A stretch of 64,000 bases of DNA from contig NW_027361679.1 in assembly GCF_039654945.1 (NCBI RefSeq), positions 34,410,001 to 34,474,000 of the forward strand. The letters run 5' to 3'. Below are positions 61,151 through 64,000 of this stretch, piece by piece (the stretch's first letter is position 1; each line of letters opens with the position of its first letter). Below the pieces are notes generated by a model that saw nothing but the letters and a program-made list of their open reading frames with translations, had not been told where the DNA came from and did no database searches. The position numbers were made by a program, and so were the translations under genes. The DNA comes from Dendrobates tinctorius. Its lineage: Eukaryota.

Positions 61151-63006
61151 GCTAATGATGATACCAAAGGTGTTGTTGCCCCTGCTCTTCTCTGCACCGA
61201 TCTCAAAAGGCTACTTGATGAAGATGTTGAAGCCAAGCACATGCCTACCTACAAAAGATCCCCACCACCGTCATCAAAAATTGTTATTCGTGAACTGCAG
61301 TATACAGGGGGGACGGGTGCGCCGAGACAGCTATGACTGGTAACACGGCATCAGTCATGTGAAGACCAGTACCCCTCAAGCTGTTAGCTTGGGATAGCAC
61401 CTCTGATGCTGCATATGTGTTAAAAAAAATTATCTAGGGGGGAATGTGAAGGGTTAATACTAAAATCAGAGCTTAAGTTTCACTTCTCCATTTCTCTGTA
61501 AGGTTTCGTTTCTTAATTTTTGTTGTTGTAAGATAAATTTTTGTAATTGGCATGGGCTGTCATGAAACCAGACTGTTCCCATCTGTATAAGATAAGGGAG
61601 GCGGGGGTGTAAAACTCTGAAGAATATGCCATTATACTACTTTCTACACTATTTAGGTACGACATATATGTAGTTTCTGGTTTTCTTGCAATATTATTGG
61701 CTTATAAAGTGAAATGATGCTATTGGTACTTGAGAACCTTGCATAATTAAGCAAAAGATTATAAAAGATGTGACTAAAATAAAGGGGCTTAGTGATCTGC
61801 CTCGATCCTCCCGTACAGAGACCCCGTCTCCGTGTGGTCATTTGAGTTGCTAGCAACATTGGAATAATTTGGAAATCACTGGATCAACCGTGAAGGGTTA
61901 ATTTAGCCCTCCCAACATAGCTACCTCGACACAAAGACTCCTCTTAACACTGTTCCCCACACTGTGTCCCAAAAATACTGCCCAGTCTCTATATTGTGCA
62001 ACCTCCTCACACCTCTTCCTCTGTATACTATCACTTTATTGCTGCCCACTCTCTATATTGACCCCCCCACACTACCCAGTTTATCTACGCCCCCAAACAA
62101 CTGTCTCCACCCATATTGCTCCATTACACTCCCCCTCTATGTTGTCACCTTGCACATTCCCCCAATACTGTCCTCTCACGATACACCCATACTGCCCCTC
62201 ACAAATATGTCCCTCCAAATAAAATTATCTTCAACTACAATCGGAATGCTTATTACATTGCTGGAGCAGGAGGAGCATTTACTCCTGAGTGGAGCAAGTG
62301 TGAAACGTGCAACATGATGAAATGACTTGATCACACTGCTGACATCACTTTGACGTCGGAAGTGCCAGCAGTTTGACATTCAATTGTACTCGTGTCAGAA
62401 TGATGAAAGTACAATTCAGCACAGAGAGACAGAAATGTGCTCCATACCAATTTTCAGTTTCAAAGCTGTAGTCAAGAGCGGATGAATTCTACTCCCAGGG
62501 GACTGCCGCTTTGGGTGGACCGACATTTGCCCCCTATTGGCTGGATCTGGAAAAAATGCCCAGCCTATATCCCCTCTAGCTATACTCCTCCTGTGAACAT
62601 TGACCCCAATAATGAAAAAATTGTGTTATTACTATGATTACCCCATCTCCTAAAACTGCTACATAGCCTGTGTGCTAGAGAGGAACTCTAAAAATAATAG
62701 TGTCCCATAAAAAGTATTAATGACCCACTCTGCAACCTATAAAGTAGTAATGCCCCATATGCTCCTATAAAGGTTATAATATTCCCCCAAAAAAAGTAAT
62801 AATGCCCCCAGAGAGCCCCAATGAAAAGCTACCAATGTCCCCATTTAAAACAAATGCCTTGAGTGCCCCCACAGCCACCTATATACTGTATTATGGCTCC
62901 CAAAGCTCTCTATTTACAATGTGGAAAAAAATAAAGGGAACTCTAAAATACTACATCCTAGATATCACTGAATGAAATATTGTAGTTGCAAATCTTTATT
63001 CATTAC

Positions 63007-64000
63007 TAGAGTTGAGCGACTTTTGGTTTTTTAGGGTCGCGTTTCGTTTCGTGAAACCCGACTTTTCCAAAAGTCGGGTCGAGCAAGATCGTCCGATTAT
63101 AGGGAAAAGTCGGGGTCGTCCCGAAACATGAAACCCAATGTAAGTCAATGGGGAATAAAAGTCGGCAGTGAGAGGAGGACAGGAAACACACCTACAGTGC
63201 CCATTTGAATGCCAAAAGCATCAATTCTTCTTACTTAAGCTTGTCAACCTTAATTAACTTCATAATACAAGTTACGCACTGAAAAATGGGGGTTATTTGG
63301 CTAAAGTTTTGGGGGGGGAGGGCTGGCTGCAGGTTTTCATGTGCCCTGGGTGAAAGAGCGCCCCTTTAACACATACCACAACTCATCATGCTCCGATACG
63401 GCAGAGAAATAGCGGTATAGTACAATGAAAAATACCTCACTTTTTACATCTCATGACGAGGCCCATCTATTTCTCCATACAGAATCATTGGTCCCATATA
63501 ATGTTTGAAACAGTATATGATGAGCTCCACATAATGCTACAGTATATGTTGGTCCCCATGGATGAAGCTCCACTGTCTTATGGGCCCAAATAATGCTCCA
63601 AACATAATGGGCCCCATTTCTAATGCTCTAGTGTATAATGGGCCCTGTAAATGCTGCTCCAGTATCTGATGTCCACCTTTGGAATGTTCCAGTGTATGGT
63701 GGGCCCCATCTATCATTCTCCAGAGTATAGTGCTCCCCAAAAATTGCTGTCCCAACATTGAAAACAATCAAATAAGTCTCCTCGCTAGGGAATCCCTGTA
63801 CTTGTCTGGATTCCTCGTCGTCCCCATCTTCCATCTCACTGCACAGTATTTCAACTTTGCAAGTGCTGTGATCCTGGGCAAGCAGGGGGGGCCCACTCGT
63901 TGGCGACGGCACTGGCACAGGGCCCCTGATAGTACGGTGGTGTGTCTGATGGCGGGTGGGCCGAACCTGCACTTTCATCTGCAGCTTCCTCTTTGTCACC
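63007..64000 (-). mobile_element. End of a second hAT element related to 4270-10466; runs off the window
   Basis: Begins TAGAGTTGAGCGA (same terminus); 63857-63960 resembles 4281-4375. Confidence 0.8.

Larger units (their letters stand above)
50886..61917 (+). mobile_element. Endogenous retrovirus (class I/epsilon-like), heavily deleted, interrupted by a Gypsy element
   Basis: LTRs 50886-51365 and 61445-61917, PBS, PPT before 61445. Protease remnant CPVNLLGVDLL, RT VIDLTNAFFSI...MPQG, RNase H SAQEAEL...TDSRYAFG, integrase SDQG and GPYQVLL, env TM remnant. Confidence 0.93.

Noticed and set aside
38100-64000. Neighbouring SIBLING genes (IBSP, MEPE, SPP1) downstream
   Set aside because: No signal-peptide exon, poly-Glu or RGD exon recognised; very small exons could have been missed by eye.

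Overview
Eukaryotic (vertebrate) genomic DNA, most likely from an anuran amphibian (inferred from the repeat families and the gene), and dominated by transposable elements. One host gene is supported: the SCPP/SIBLING mineralisation gene DMP1 on the + strand. It has four recognisable phase-0 coding exons (12587-12625, 27970-28017, 34068-34343, 36343-38028; about 682 aa, C-terminus ...NDNDCQDGY). The signal-peptide exon was not found. The rest is nested mobile DNA. It includes three Ty3/Gypsy chromovirus-type LTR elements and three solo LTRs, a deleted class I/epsilon-like endogenous retrovirus with a tRNA-Lys PBS, a decayed BED-finger hAT transposon, and an apparently intact Tc1 (DD34E) transposon inside the last DMP1 intron. 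There are also piggyBac-, Harbinger-, Kolobok/T2-, hAT- and Helitron-type non-autonomous elements, Penelope-like remnants with hammerhead-ribozyme-like motifs, and several minisatellites. Most notable observations: (1) a RanBP2-type zinc finger next to late domains in the ERV gag region; (2) an 801-codon open pol, missed by the ORF track, behind a GGGAAAC + pseudoknot -1 frameshift signal; (3) self-priming (tRNA-independent) PBS complementarity in all three Gypsy elements; (4) a Gypsy family making 6-bp TSDs; (5) minimal hammerhead motifs; (6) an extra intron splitting what is the single large last DMP1 exon in mammals. All comparisons were made by eye; no searches were run.
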